Shown here in pieces: positions 10,486-20,734 of a stretch of 64,000 bases of DNA. This DNA is from a virus. The translations under genes were made by a program, and so were the position numbers. Each line of letters opens with the position of its first letter. The first letter of the stretch is position 1. The DNA is taken from positions 1-64,000 of the IMG/VR virus record IMGVR_UViG_3300047471_000189; one strand, 5' to 3'. Below the pieces are notes generated by a model that saw only the letters and a list, made by a program, of their open reading frames with translations, ran no database searches and was not told the DNA's origin.

Positions 10486-11679
10486 GTGAGTCTCTACAAA
10501 TCAGCATCAGGCCGGGAAGTCAACCACGCCAGTTCAAGTTCGATTGATACCTTCAGGCTGTGCCGCCGAAAGTTCAAGCTGTCCCGGATCGACGGTTACC
10601 GTCAGAAAGACAAGAAGGCCAGCCTCGAATTCGGGAAGTGTGTAGAAGCTGGAGTCCAGTATTACCACGACAACGGCCTGAAACCAGACGACGGGGTCGC
10701 AGAGTTCACCCGGCTGTGGGTTAAATTCATCGACCAGCCTCTATCCTATACCGATCAGGAAGGCAACTGGAAATCCCTCAACACGATGGGCAAAGAGATG
10801 CTCCGGCTGTACGAGATCAAGCTCCCGGAACTGCCGATCAAGAACCCGAAGTGGCAACTCCAGTTCCTGAAGAGTCTCTGGCCGGGGACCGATCTGGCCG
10901 ACCTGCAATTCATGGCGTATGTCGACCTGCTGTCTACTCTGGACGACGGGTCCCGAATCATCATCGACATCAAGACCGCGAAGGCTCCGCTCGACGTGAC
11001 GCCGGGCATGATGGCTCTGGACGGTCAGCTTCGGAAATACGCATGGGTGTCCGGTATCCGGGATGTCGGCTTCCTGAACTTCGTCAAGGCAGAGCCGGAG
11101 GGGTTCAAGAAGGGCAGCCGGGTTACGTTGCTCGAAGACTGTGCGTCATGGCACGCCGGGGACCAGTTGACCGTGGTGAAGTTCCAAGCACCCAAGGAAT
11201 CCATAGAGGTGTCGGGCGGAGTCAAGATGGCCCCAGTGCCATGGCTCATGCTGGTAGCCACAGACGAGACTGTCCAGAAAATGGACGAGGAGATCGAGAA
11301 GATTTCCGGGAAGGGTGCGACTGAGAAAAAGGAAGCGGTCGTTTCCACCTACTTGTCCAGTGGAACTCTGGGGTCGGTTACCCGCGAGTCGATCACAAAA
11401 ACTCGGCTCCAGTTCGTTCGTGGTATAATCCCGGAAGAAGAACTGGCAGAAATCGGGCAGCAGATAGGCGGGGACGTCTTCGCCTTGAAGAACGCCCACG
11501 ACACGGGTGCCTATCCCAAAGACGGCGGAGTAAGATTCCCAAATGCAATCTGTGGCTGGTGCGAGATGCGTGGTATCTGCCTGAAGGACGACAAACTTAG
11601 GGACGACATCTTGGTCCAGATTGGGGCCAAGGAAGAAGAGAAAGACTGGTTGTCAGAAATGGAGGAGGATTCAGAATGA
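10486..11679 (+). CDS. PD-(D/E)XK nuclease (RecB/AddB/Cas4-like) with Cys cluster
   Basis: S.SSI.TF..C.RKF, FG..V, YVDLL...IIDIKT, QL.KY, C-terminal CGWCEMRGIC; GTG start at 10486 after AAGGAG. Confidence 0.85.
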   Translation: MSLYKSASGREVNHASSSSIDTFRLCRRKFKLSRIDGYRQKDKKASLEFGKCVEAGVQYYHDNGLKPDDGVAEFTRLWVKFIDQPLSYTDQEGNWKSLNTMGKEMLRLYEIKLPELPIKNPKWQLQFLKSLWPGTDLADLQFMAYVDLLSTLDDGSRIIIDIKTAKAPLDVTPGMMALDGQLRKYAWVSGIRDVGFLNFVKAEPEGFKKGSRVTLLEDCASWHAGDQLTVVKFQAPKESIEVSGGVKMAPVPWLMLVATDETVQKMDEEIEKISGKGATEKKEAVVSTYLSSGTLGSVTRESITKTRLQFVRGIIPEEELAEIGQQIGGDVFALKNAHDTGAYPKDGGVRFPNAICGWCEMRGICLKDDKLRDDILVQIGAKEEEKDWLSEMEEDSE

Positions 11680-12068
11680 ACGAGATAAATGATTTTGACG
11701 AACGTTTCTGGGAAGCGTGGCCCCGCTGGCGTTTCATAAACAACTGGCATGAGTACGAGGGTACCCGCACATTTGGTCTCCTTGGGGTCTGGTGGACCAA
11801 AAGAGGCTCTATGGGGGTTACCGTATTCAACTTCGGTGTCGAGTTTAACCCCCACCACAAGGAGAAGTCATGACAACGCCTTATGACGAGTATGCGGAGA
11901 AGTGCATAAACGGGGGATATCTCTCGTTGCAAAGTCTTGTTATGCGCCCGAACGGCTGGCAGGGGGAGTGGCATTATGACTTCTCCGAAAGTGAGCTTAG
12001 AGAGGTTCTCAAAAACGCTTGGATGGCCGGGCTCAACCACAGCTTGAAACTGATTGAAGGAGTGAAAA

Positions 12069-12269
12069 ATGACACAAACAATTCTGCATAACCGCATCCG
12101 TTGCAAAAAGTGCAACGACATCATTGAGTCCGTTCACGTCCATGATTTCAACTACTGCAAGTGCGGTAAAGTGTTTGTGGATGGTGGCCGCGAATATGGC
12201 CGGTTCGGATTCCCCGGCGGTAACATAGAAGACTGGATTGAAGACCTGTCGGAATACAAGTCCGAATAA
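12069..12269 (+). CDS. small Cys-rich zinc-binding phage protein
   Basis: N.IRCKKCNDIIES...HDF..CKCG.V.VDGG. Confidence 0.6.
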   Translation: MTQTILHNRIRCKKCNDIIESVHVHDFNYCKCGKVFVDGGREYGRFGFPGGNIEDWIEDLSEYKSE

Positions 12270-12282
12270 TGGACGGAGAATT

Positions 12283-12690
12283 ATGCCAGCACGAGTAGTG
12301 GACGGAGACGCGGTGTACCTGTCAGACAAGGTCAAGGCGCTCAAGCCGGAGCACCGGGCGGAGTACTCTTACCTGCTCCCTCTGGCCGAGGCTAACGGTG
12401 TGTTCGAGGCAAATCCTCACCGAATCTGGGTGACGGCTTATGCTTTTCATCGTGACGGGACCAGTCCGGGATGGGTCCGGGACTTGATTTCCGACCTCGA
12501 AAAGGTGGATCTTCTGCGGACTTGGGACGAGGCTGGAAAAACTTGGGGATACTGGGTCGGAATCGACAAACCCGGTCGACTTCCAACCAAAGCTCACCTC
12601 AATAGATACAAGAACTTACCCCCTAATCCACCCCTCCGTATCCGGTCCGGAGAACTTGTCCCGGATGAATCCGGGATAGATCCGGAGTAG
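12283..12690 (+). CDS. putative replication initiator/organiser N-terminal domain protein
   Basis: Phage Rep-N-like pattern, followed by short repeats and an AT-rich tract, upstream of the primase-helicase. Confidence 0.45.
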   Translation: MPARVVDGDAVYLSDKVKALKPEHRAEYSYLLPLAEANGVFEANPHRIWVTAYAFHRDGTSPGWVRDLISDLEKVDLLRTWDEAGKTWGYWVGIDKPGRLPTKAHLNRYKNLPPNPPLRIRSGELVPDESGIDPE

Positions 12691-12780
12691 TCCCGCTAGG
12701 ATTGGTATGGATTGGATTGGATTGGTATGGAGTGGAGCCCTCCCGGCGGGGAGCTTTAAAAAACTTCTTTTTAAAAACAT
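12640..12780. repeat. TCCGG repeats, 5-nt tandem repeats (GGATT/GGTAT) and an AT-rich tract; candidate replication origin
   Basis: TCCCGGA-TGAA-TCCGGGA inverted repeat; ggattggtatggattggattggattggtatgg; tttaaaaaacttctttttaaaaac. Confidence 0.45.
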
Positions 12781-12795
12781 CGGACAAGGAAAACA

Positions 12796-13419
12796 ATGAA
12801 AATCAAGAAGCAGCTTCAAGCTATCTGCGCGGGATTCGGAGTGAGTGGCAAAGGTTACCAAGCCACGTGGGAAGAAGCCCAAGCTCTGGGTATCGTCCAT
12901 TCCGTGGGTGCCGTCTCCCGTGACTTCGAGGCGTGGATGACCGAGAACCAAGGGGACGACTTCCCGTATGGGGCGGTTTCTGCCTACCTTCAAGTTGCCT
13001 CAAGCAGGCTTTCCGGCCCCACAGCGCCTCTAGGAGCCTCTATACGCGATTCGGAGGTGGTTTCCCTAGCCCGGGAGCTTTCCTACGCCTCTGGGGGGCT
13101 TATAAGCTTCATGGACAAGCAGCGTGTCAGGCTGGCCGAAGTCCTGAAAGACTTCACGGCTGCGGAGATCAAGGCGGCATTTACCTCGTGGCTTGCGGAT
13201 CAGGACACAAACAACCCCAAAAACGTGACGTTCTTGGCCGGGAAGTTTGTCCAGATGGCTGACGGGCTGGCGTATGCCACTCGAAGAAGGAAACAGGAAT
13301 CCGATAAACTTCAGATCGCCCGAGACGCTCTGGCCCGGAAGTTGCAGGATGACGCAGAGGCCGAGAGGCAGAAAGCGGCTCAGAAGGAAAAGAACGAAGC
13401 GTTCGATCCGTTCGCTTAA
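12796..13419 (+). CDS. hypothetical protein (replication module)
   Basis: 207-aa ORF with RBS and charged helical C-terminus. Confidence 0.6.
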   Translation: MKIKKQLQAICAGFGVSGKGYQATWEEAQALGIVHSVGAVSRDFEAWMTENQGDDFPYGAVSAYLQVASSRLSGPTAPLGASIRDSEVVSLARELSYASGGLISFMDKQRVRLAEVLKDFTAAEIKAAFTSWLADQDTNNPKNVTFLAGKFVQMADGLAYATRRRKQESDKLQIARDALARKLQDDAEAERQKAAQKEKNEAFDPFA

Positions 13420-13423
13420 TTCC

Positions 13424-13453
13424 GTCCATTTTCTGGACAAATCGTGGTACAAT
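13424..13453 (+). promoter_or_regulatory. extended -10 promoter (GTGGTACAAT) with a 15-bp repeat copy in the spacer/-35 zone
   Basis: GTCCATTTTCTGGAC at 13424-13438, then TACAAT at 13448-13453, upstream of the primase-helicase operon. Confidence 0.55.
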
Positions 13454-13645
13454 AGGGGCACATGCTAATCAGAGAATTCAATCTTCGTCATCAGAGGAAC
13501 CTGCCTGAAACTGTCCTGTACGCAGGAGATTTCCTTGAACACATTGGGTTCATCTTCATGATCGACTTCGGGGTTTTAAACGCCATTGACATCGCCTCGA
13601 CCGAATACACCAAGTGGCTGGACGACTTGTACTACTGGGAGCTAA

Positions 13646-15517
13646 ATGGGTAACGAAGATTTAGACGCGATAAAATCCGATCCCGGTGTAATCAGGGTTT
13701 ACGGGCAGTATGTCCAAGGATTGAAGAAGACCGGAGACAAGTGGGTCGGGTTGTGCCCGATTCACGGGGAGAAGACTCCGTCCTTCACGATCTTCAAGGA
13801 CATGAGGTTCCAGTGCTTCGGGTGTTCGGAATCCGGAAACATCTTCCAGCTAGTTCAGAAAATTGACAGTTGTGATTTCAAATCTGCGTTGGCAAAGGTG
13901 AAGGTGGAGGTTGGGGACTGGGCGGAGACGAAAGAAAGATTCCACTCGGCCTTCCAGCCTGTAACTGAGACCAAGGTTTACAAAACCTTTCCAACAGACC
14001 AGTGGAACAAGCTGGAGGACGCCCTCACCAATTCCAAAGTGGCCCTCAACTGGCTCAACAAGGAAAGAGGGATAGGGCCCGGCACCGCACAAAGAATGCA
14101 CCTCGGGTTCACCCAGAACATCGGAAAACTCGCGGGAGAGTCCGGAGCCGACATTGCCGACGGCGGATGGATAGCCTTCCCCTGCATCGAAGACGACAAA
14201 GTTGTCAGCATCAAGTATCGCTCCATCGTTCGCAAGAAGCCGGGAGGATTTGCCCGGCAGTCCGGGATGGCAACAGCCATGTTCGGGATGGAAGAGATTG
14301 ATCCGTTCGAACCAGTCTACCTCGTGGAAGGAGAATTCGATCAACTGTGCATGACCCAAGCGGGATTCAGGTCTGTTTCTGTGCCGTCTGCCGGGGTGAA
14401 GTTGACCCCGGAAATGAAAGACAAGCTGATGCAAGCGAGCCAAGTGATCTTGGCCGGGGACAACGATGCGACCGGCTCCGGATACATGTCCAAGCTCTGG
14501 AAGGAACTGGGGGAGCGGACATATCTGCTGGCGTGGCCCGAGGGGATCAAGGACGCGAATGAGTTCTTCCTCAAAACCTGTAACCGGGATGTGTCTGTTT
14601 TCCAGACTAAGGTTGAGGAGCTAACCCAGACAGCTAAGTCCAAACCAACTCCTGACGTGTATGCGATTCAGGAGGTCATGCGGAACGGAGAAGATACCAG
14701 CCTCGCGGACCGCGCCGACCGTCTGCGTTTTCCGTGGACTGAGGTGGACAAAATGGCTATCCTGCTGCCCGGCTCCGTGCTGGGGCTCATGGCCACTTCG
14801 ACTGGTATGGGTAAAACAGCGTTCTCCTTGCAACTCAGTTTGTTCAATGCACGTAAGTACAACGCCACAGTAATCAACTGGCAGTGCGAATTGTCCCCGT
14901 CTGAGATCGCTACGATGGTAACTGCACAGGTCCTCAGAAAGAACAGGAACTTTGTCGGGAAAGAAGATCAGAAAAAGGCCGCTGATGATCTCGACGGAGT
15001 GCAATATTATGTCGGAAATAATCCAGCGACTCATGGTATAATGGAAGTATTAGACCTGATGGAAGCAGCTATTCGCAGGACCGGTGCCACGATTGCCGTC
15101 TTGGATAACTTGCATTACTACACCACAGGCATTGACGACGAAGTCCGGGTACAGGCAGCGTCTATGATCCGCATCAAGCAGATTGCTGTCCAACTAGGTT
15201 GCATCTTCATCGTGGTCTTTCAGCCCCGTAAGGCGACCAGCCAGAGCAAGGGCAAGAAGACCCACATCTCGGACGTGAAGGGTTCCGGGGCCGCAGGCGA
15301 TACCACAGACTCTGTCATGGCCATCCACCGCGACGGGGTTAAAGAAGACGGCAAGTCCGACACCTACGAAGAGAAGACGCTGGTTGAAATGCTGAAGACG
15401 CGGTCCAAGGGTATAGGAAAAGCAAGTTGCTTCCTGCACTTCTTCGGTGAATTTGCGGCTTTCGAAGCTCTGGAGACAAGGCACGAGGAGGAACCGAATG
15501 GATACGAATTGGGTTAA
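13646..15517 (+). CDS. bifunctional primase-helicase (CHC2 Zn finger + TOPRIM + DnaB-like helicase)
   Basis: CPIHGEKTPSF..CFGC; LVEGEFD and GDND (TOPRIM); STGMGKT Walker A, LDNLH, SDVKGSG. Confidence 0.9.
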   Translation: MGNEDLDAIKSDPGVIRVYGQYVQGLKKTGDKWVGLCPIHGEKTPSFTIFKDMRFQCFGCSESGNIFQLVQKIDSCDFKSALAKVKVEVGDWAETKERFHSAFQPVTETKVYKTFPTDQWNKLEDALTNSKVALNWLNKERGIGPGTAQRMHLGFTQNIGKLAGESGADIADGGWIAFPCIEDDKVVSIKYRSIVRKKPGGFARQSGMATAMFGMEEIDPFEPVYLVEGEFDQLCMTQAGFRSVSVPSAGVKLTPEMKDKLMQASQVILAGDNDATGSGYMSKLWKELGERTYLLAWPEGIKDANEFFLKTCNRDVSVFQTKVEELTQTAKSKPTPDVYAIQEVMRNGEDTSLADRADRLRFPWTEVDKMAILLPGSVLGLMATSTGMGKTAFSLQLSLFNARKYNATVINWQCELSPSEIATMVTAQVLRKNRNFVGKEDQKKAADDLDGVQYYVGNNPATHGIMEVLDLMEAAIRRTGATIAVLDNLHYYTTGIDDEVRVQAASMIRIKQIAVQLGCIFIVVFQPRKATSQSKGKKTHISDVKGSGAAGDTTDSVMAIHRDGVKEDGKSDTYEEKTLVEMLKTRSKGIGKASCFLHFFGEFAAFEALETRHEEEPNGYELG

Positions 15518-15785
15518 AACCTCCAAGAGGAGATACACGAATGAAAGTTGAGGAGCTAGTAAAACAATGTATAGACTCGATAAACAATCCACTCCGATCT
15601 CCGGAAAGTTACGGCCCTTTGATTACTCTCGTTGGAAAACACACTCTATTTCCAAGGGGAGGAGGGCCCAGACCTGTTGAACTATTGTGCGTAAATTCAA
15701 ACGGAGATAAGGTTTGGTTATACTCTGCCACTAAGGTTCTAGCCGCTCTTGTGGCGAATGGTTTAGTTGAAATAAAGGAAGGGAT

Positions 15786-16844
15786 ATGAACATCTCCGCA
15801 GCAGAATTAAAACACGCGCTGAAGAAGCTCTCGCCCGTCAAGACCGAGACCTATGTCTTCGACGTAGACGGAATCAGGGCGCAGGACTCGGACGTTCTGG
15901 TCGTGGTTCCGGGGCCTACCTTCGGTGGGACGTTTACGGTGTCGGGCAAGAAGCTGGCTCAGGTCGTGAATCGCATGACCGGCCAGATCGAAATTTCTCA
16001 ATTTGAGAAAAAGTTGACCCTCAAGTCTGCTAAAGCCGTAGTCGATCTTGAGATTCAACTGGTCAAGTCAATCCCCCTCCCGGACGGCCCGGCTTGCTCC
16101 TTGGCCTTGAGTTTGACCCCGTTCAAGAAGGCAATGTCCATTGCTTCCGCCTCGGCTTCCCCTGCCAAGTCCGCTGCGTTCGGCGGCGTCGTGCTGTTAC
16201 AGAATCTGCCGCTGGGCATCGAGGAGACAATCTCCTCCGGGTACCGGATCACAGGCACCGATGCCGTCGTTCTGACAGCGGTTACCGTGGAGACGCCGGT
16301 CGACCTCCAGTTCCGGGCCCTCGTGAACCTGACAGCTTCCGCTGTTGTCCAGTTAATGGACGGCGAGACGATTGAGGTCGGGGACACGAACAAGTGTCTG
16401 GTCCTCAAATCTGGTGGGGTCTCCATCTACGCCTCAAAGCCGGTTCAGAAATATCCCGATTTTGACGGGTTAATGGCTAAAATTCCAGAGATACGGGTCG
16501 GGTTTAACCCCCAAGAACTTCTGTCCGCGCTGAAGACGGTCGAGCCATTGATCGACGAAACCGTGGACAAAGGTGCGGTGAGTTTACATTTCGACTCCAG
16601 TGTGGTAAAATGTTCTAATATTGGAGTTGGATCAACAGCTTCCGATGAATCTGCTTATGAGCAGATAGAACCGGACCCGGTTTTCGACCCGAGGGAGTTT
16701 AACTTAAAACTTACAGCTAAATATTTATCTGGGTTCCTAAGCCGGGCCGGGGAACAAGCCACTCTGGGCGTTACAGACGGACCAGTAAGATTAGAATCTG
16801 AAAACGTGATCGTGCTGACTATGCCAGCAAAGGTGGGAAAATGA
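15786..16844 (+). CDS. DNA polymerase III beta sliding-clamp homolog
   Basis: 352 aa, three-domain pattern, ITGTD and KYPDF motifs, C-terminal LTMP; DnaX-like loader in the same arm. Confidence 0.7.
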   Translation: MNISAAELKHALKKLSPVKTETYVFDVDGIRAQDSDVLVVVPGPTFGGTFTVSGKKLAQVVNRMTGQIEISQFEKKLTLKSAKAVVDLEIQLVKSIPLPDGPACSLALSLTPFKKAMSIASASASPAKSAAFGGVVLLQNLPLGIEETISSGYRITGTDAVVLTAVTVETPVDLQFRALVNLTASAVVQLMDGETIEVGDTNKCLVLKSGGVSIYASKPVQKYPDFDGLMAKIPEIRVGFNPQELLSALKTVEPLIDETVDKGAVSLHFDSSVVKCSNIGVGSTASDESAYEQIEPDPVFDPREFNLKLTAKYLSGFLSRAGEQATLGVTDGPVRLESENVIVLTMPAKVGK

Positions 16845-17554
16845 ACGAACCGACCTACCTAGAGCCCCTGAACAAAGACGCCGCCCTCCGGCTGTCTGAG
16901 GACATCGATGCCCTCCTCGGCCAGATCAGTACCCACGAGATCAAGCTGGCCCGTTCCTACGCCCGTCTAGGGGGTCTTCTCAGAGAGGTCAAGAACCAGC
17001 AGTACTGGATGTCCTACGGGTACGACCGGTTCTCCTCCTACCTAGAATTCGTACGGGGAAAGATCGGAAGAGAGCGCAGTCAGGTGTACGCGATCCTGTC
17101 CGTGGCTGAGGCTCTGCTCCCTCTGATGACCGAGTCGGAACTGGAGACCGTTGGGATTACGAAGGCCCACGAACTCCGCAGGCTGGTGGGTCAGGGAGGC
17201 AGTCTAGAGGCTACGTTCGAAGTCGCAGTCTCCGCCGGGGGGAACGACTGGACCGAATCTGTCCGAATAATGGACTACGCCGCGAGCCCCAAGGTCACCG
17301 CAAAACAGCTTCGGGTAAAGGTGAATGAGATTCTCCACATCCACGAAGACAGGCAGGGGCTCTGGTTCGACCCGGGCGGGTTCTACGCAACCCCGGATGA
17401 ACGTAAAGAGATCGACCAGTTCTGGTCTGTGGGTAGACAGTTGTTTGGGTCTAAGGACGAGCAGCCGGACCACGTATGGAAGAAAGAAGTGTTCTTGGCT
17501 GCGATACGAGAGTCGCTAAGTACGTGGGCTGCGGAGGTCGCGGATGGTCGTTGA
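16841..17554 (+). CDS. hypothetical protein (possibly DNA-binding)
   Basis: LG.LL.EVK..QYW..GY..F..Y pattern; coupled to the clamp gene. Confidence 0.55.
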   Translation: MNEPTYLEPLNKDAALRLSEDIDALLGQISTHEIKLARSYARLGGLLREVKNQQYWMSYGYDRFSSYLEFVRGKIGRERSQVYAILSVAEALLPLMTESELETVGITKAHELRRLVGQGGSLEATFEVAVSAGGNDWTESVRIMDYAASPKVTAKQLRVKVNEILHIHEDRQGLWFDPGGFYATPDERKEIDQFWSVGRQLFGSKDEQPDHVWKKEVFLAAIRESLSTWAAEVADGR

Positions 17555-17706
17555 TGCGTTGTTAGAGACAATCAAAATTTGGATGACGGGGTTGATAAGA
17601 GGGTCGGCGTTCTGGCTTCTTTGCATGGTTGCGGTTCCGAATAAATCTCTTACGATAGGGCAACTCATTCTTTGTTACTTGGCTGGACTCTTCTGGGAAT
17701 ACGCGA

Positions 17707-18099
17707 ATGAAAAGTAAAACCGTCCACGTAGAGATCGACGAAACGGGCCTACCCTGCCGCATCTTCCGAACGAAGGAGTGGAGGAACCTCCCCAGTACTC
17801 AAGTCCTGACTATGAGCAGAGCGGATGCGGTTGGGGCTATAAGGCGTCGGGTATACCAGCGGTCCCGCCAGAGTCTTGGTCACGCTGAATGCGAGCGGTG
17901 CGGAAGATTTATAACCGAAGATAGTTTCGAGATGAACGAGATACGCCCTAAAGGAGCAAGCGGAGGCAAAACGGGAGGGGAAGTTAGCCTATCGAATTGC
18001 GAAGCTCTATGTCATGCCTGCCATCAGGGAGGACCAGATTCAGCCCACGGCGACCGCCGCTGGCAAACAGCAAAAATCAAGTCCGAAGAAGGACAATAA
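17707..18099 (+). CDS. HNH endonuclease
   Basis: CERCG ... GGEVSLSNCEALCHACH. Confidence 0.75.
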   Translation: MKSKTVHVEIDETGLPCRIFRTKEWRNLPSTQVLTMSRADAVGAIRRRVYQRSRQSLGHAECERCGRFITEDSFEMNEIRPKGASGGKTGGEVSLSNCEALCHACHQGGPDSAHGDRRWQTAKIKSEEGQ

Positions 18100-18641
18100 T
18101 GGAAGTCGATATCACTAAATACGCCCCCGTAATTTCAAAAATTTTAACCAAGTTGAAGGTCAAGAAGCAGGACCGGGAAGACTTGACTCAGGAGTGCTAC
18201 TTAGCCCTCTTGGAAAAACATAAACACTTGGTTCGGGGGATAGAACTCGGGACCGAAAACAGCTTCGCGACCTCGATTTGCCGAAGCCGAGTTACCGACA
18301 TATGGAGACGGGACCATCAGGACCGGGGACAGTACAAGACCAAAGCAGGAGTCCGGTTCGACTCTTTGTCCGACCCCCGGGTATACAGGAAAGCGGCCAA
18401 GGTTATTGAGCCAATTGCCGAGTTAGACTCAGAGATAGATTCCGGAGAATTGGAAGCAGCTATCCTCAGCCTGCCGTTCGACGAGTTCAGGGTTATTTAC
18501 GAAGTGTTTGTTGAAGGAAAGACACAAGCGTCGGTGGCTCAGGAATTGGGCATAAGTATTCGCACCGTCGGGACCCGCCAGCAAAAAGGAATTTCTGGGT
18601 TAAAGAAGTATTTTAAGGTGGACAACGAACCTGAATTGTAG
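18099..18641 (+). CDS. ECF-like sigma-70 family factor
   Basis: DREDLTQECYLALL (region 2); LSLP..FRVI....EGKTQASVAQELGISIRTV (region 4 HTH). Confidence 0.8.
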   Translation: MEVDITKYAPVISKILTKLKVKKQDREDLTQECYLALLEKHKHLVRGIELGTENSFATSICRSRVTDIWRRDHQDRGQYKTKAGVRFDSLSDPRVYRKAAKVIEPIAELDSEIDSGELEAAILSLPFDEFRVIYEVFVEGKTQASVAQELGISIRTVGTRQQKGISGLKKYFKVDNEPEL

Positions 18642-19086
18642 TAAAATGTAGTTACATCAAGAAAAGAGTGTGTACCTTGGGGATTCAGACCAGAATCACA
18701 GTTTCCTGTGACTACGCGGGCTGCAAGCAGTCCGTGTCATGGATCAAGGAAGACGTCGAGAGCGGCCAAGTTCCTGCTCCAGAAGAAGGTCTGTACCTAG
18801 TGTTATTCCAACAGATGGGAGTAACCAAGTCCTTCTGCGGCCAGTACCACGCCGCGATGTACTTCATGCCTCCCGGGTACGACGTTACCAAGAAGAAGGT
18901 TGTGCAGGTTCCTGCTGTAGAAGTTGTGAAGCACGAGCCAATCGCGCAGGCCGATGGGGCTGGACCGGAAGAGGTATTGTGTAATTGCGGTCACCCGGTT
19001 AATGAGCATAACAACTGGGGATGCTGCGTAACTCTTTCGGATACGATTGGTGATTTCTGTAAGTGTGAAAACCAAGGACCCCTAGT

Positions 19087-19455
19087 ATGACATCTTCCGA
19101 CTTCACCAAATCGATCATCGCTCTGGCTTGCTGGAGGGCAGCGCGAACCGAGCTACACCAAGCGATGCTGTCCGTTTGCATGGTGTTCCTGAACCGGGCC
19201 AGAGATGGATGGTACGAAGGCAGCGTGTATGAGAATGCCTGCCACTGGCTGTCCGAGCATGACGGGGGTTTCCCGGACGAGCGGGACCCTCAGTTTCTAC
19301 AGATGCTTGTCAAGATCGATGCGGTAACGGCTGGACTGATACCGGACAAAACGGGCGGGGCGTTGTGGTTCTACCCGAAGACAGAAGAGGATATCCAGAT
19401 TCCTGAAGGATACAACATAACGACAACGATTGGCAGTCTGGTTTTCGTGAGGTAA
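19087..19455 (+). CDS. SleB/Hydrolase_2-like cell-wall hydrolase homolog, catalytic Glu apparently absent
   Basis: WRAARTE..AM..V..V.LNR, D.TGGALWFY, IG.LVF; expected EARGE reads AARTE. Confidence 0.65.
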   Translation: MTSSDFTKSIIALACWRAARTELHQAMLSVCMVFLNRARDGWYEGSVYENACHWLSEHDGGFPDERDPQFLQMLVKIDAVTAGLIPDKTGGALWFYPKTEEDIQIPEGYNITTTIGSLVFVR

Positions 19456-19456
19456 A

Positions 19457-19624
19457 ATGGCAATTTACTCATACGTTTGTAAAAGATGCTCTCACCAGTT
19501 CGACCAGCTTATTGTCCGAAAAATGGACGACCCACCTCCGTGCCCCGAATGCGGAGGATATACACAGAAAACATGGAGTGTCCCCAGTCAGGCTCAATGG
19601 AAATGCAGCAAGGGGAGTCTGTAA
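19457..19624 (+). CDS. FmdB-like zinc-ribbon protein
   Basis: Manual translation MAIYSYVCKRCSHQFD...CPECGG. Confidence 0.75.
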   Translation: MAIYSYVCKRCSHQFDQLIVRKMDDPPPCPECGGYTQKTWSVPSQAQWKCSKGSL

Positions 19625-19868
19625 TGGGGTCAGAATATCTCGGAGAGGTGGTCTACCTTTTATGGAAGGTTAATCGATCCTATGATTCCAGAGAACTAGT
19701 CGGGGTATTTAGCTCTCAGGAAAAAGCTCGGGGGCATGTCGTTCTTCACCCTTCAGAGAAAAGTATAACTAGGTGGGTAGATCACGTAGAAGAAACAACT
19801 CGGAATATACCATACGAACTTCAGGAAGCAAGAATAGATTGGTGGGCTACTAATAAGAGGGCACCGGC

Positions 19869-20414
19869 ATGAAGAAACCCAAGACGCAGGCGCAGGCAGA
19901 CAAAGCGGCCAACGCCCGGCTCCAGAAAACATACAACCGGGATCTAGCTTGGTACGACGAACAGTTGGAGAAGCAAAACGGAGGCTGCGCGATCTGCGGT
20001 CGACCGGCAGGTACCAGACGGCTCCACATCGACCACGACCACTCATGGAAGAAGTCCAAGATTGTTTCAAGGAAGCTGGACTCGATTCTAAGTACGTGGA
20101 TCGCAGAAGGATCATATCTAGACAAGGGCTACATCGCTAGGGACACGAAGAAATCTCTGGCGGTCCGGGCAGTAAAGCGGATGATGCTCCGGGACAGCGT
20201 CCGTGGGTTACTGTGCTATTCGCATAACGCCGGGCTCCAGAAGTTCCAAGACGATCCGGAGTTGCTTAGGTCGGCGGCGGACTATCTAGAGAATCATCAG
20301 ATCTCTACGCAGGATCAATGGTGCGACGGATGCGACGGCACTGGGCTGATGGAAGGATGGAACCGGAGGGACGGATACTCCTGTCCAAAGTGTAAAGGAA
20401 AAGCGACCGTATGA
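19869..20414 (+). CDS. endonuclease VII family protein
   Basis: QNGGCAICG, LHIDHDH, VRGLLC..HNAGL..FQDD..LLRSAADYL. Confidence 0.85.
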   Translation: MKKPKTQAQADKAANARLQKTYNRDLAWYDEQLEKQNGGCAICGRPAGTRRLHIDHDHSWKKSKIVSRKLDSILSTWIAEGSYLDKGYIARDTKKSLAVRAVKRMMLRDSVRGLLCYSHNAGLQKFQDDPELLRSAADYLENHQISTQDQWCDGCDGTGLMEGWNRRDGYSCPKCKGKATV

Positions 20415-20734
20415 GGACCACGGGAGAAAAGCTGGTTGAACTCTGCACGAAGTTTGTGACCGAGCAGGAAATTACCTGTTCCGAATCCGTGTACCAAAGT
20501 GATCGGGTGATAGAAAACGCATACGAACTGATTGACCGGATTTGCAAGATTGTTGGGTTTTATAAAGACCCGGAGGACGAAGATGAGTAGACCAATTTCA
20601 CAATACAGCACGCCAAGGAAATGCTCGGTATGTCTGAAGCCAGCTACCGTCTGGGTGCTGGCGTCTCTGGACCAACGGGGCGGACCGGACAAGAGTTCTG
20701 TCCAGCCGAGATGTGCGGAGCACGAGGAGGCGCG

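Noticed and set aside
10486-11679. Cas4 of a CRISPR-Cas system
   Set aside because: No other cas genes or array; the context (helicase, Bet, SSB) indicates a recombination nuclease.
12688-12796. Stop-codon readthrough or recoding fusing ORFs 12283 and 12796
   Set aside because: Both TAG and TAA stops intervene, and long genes elsewhere are intact under the standard code.
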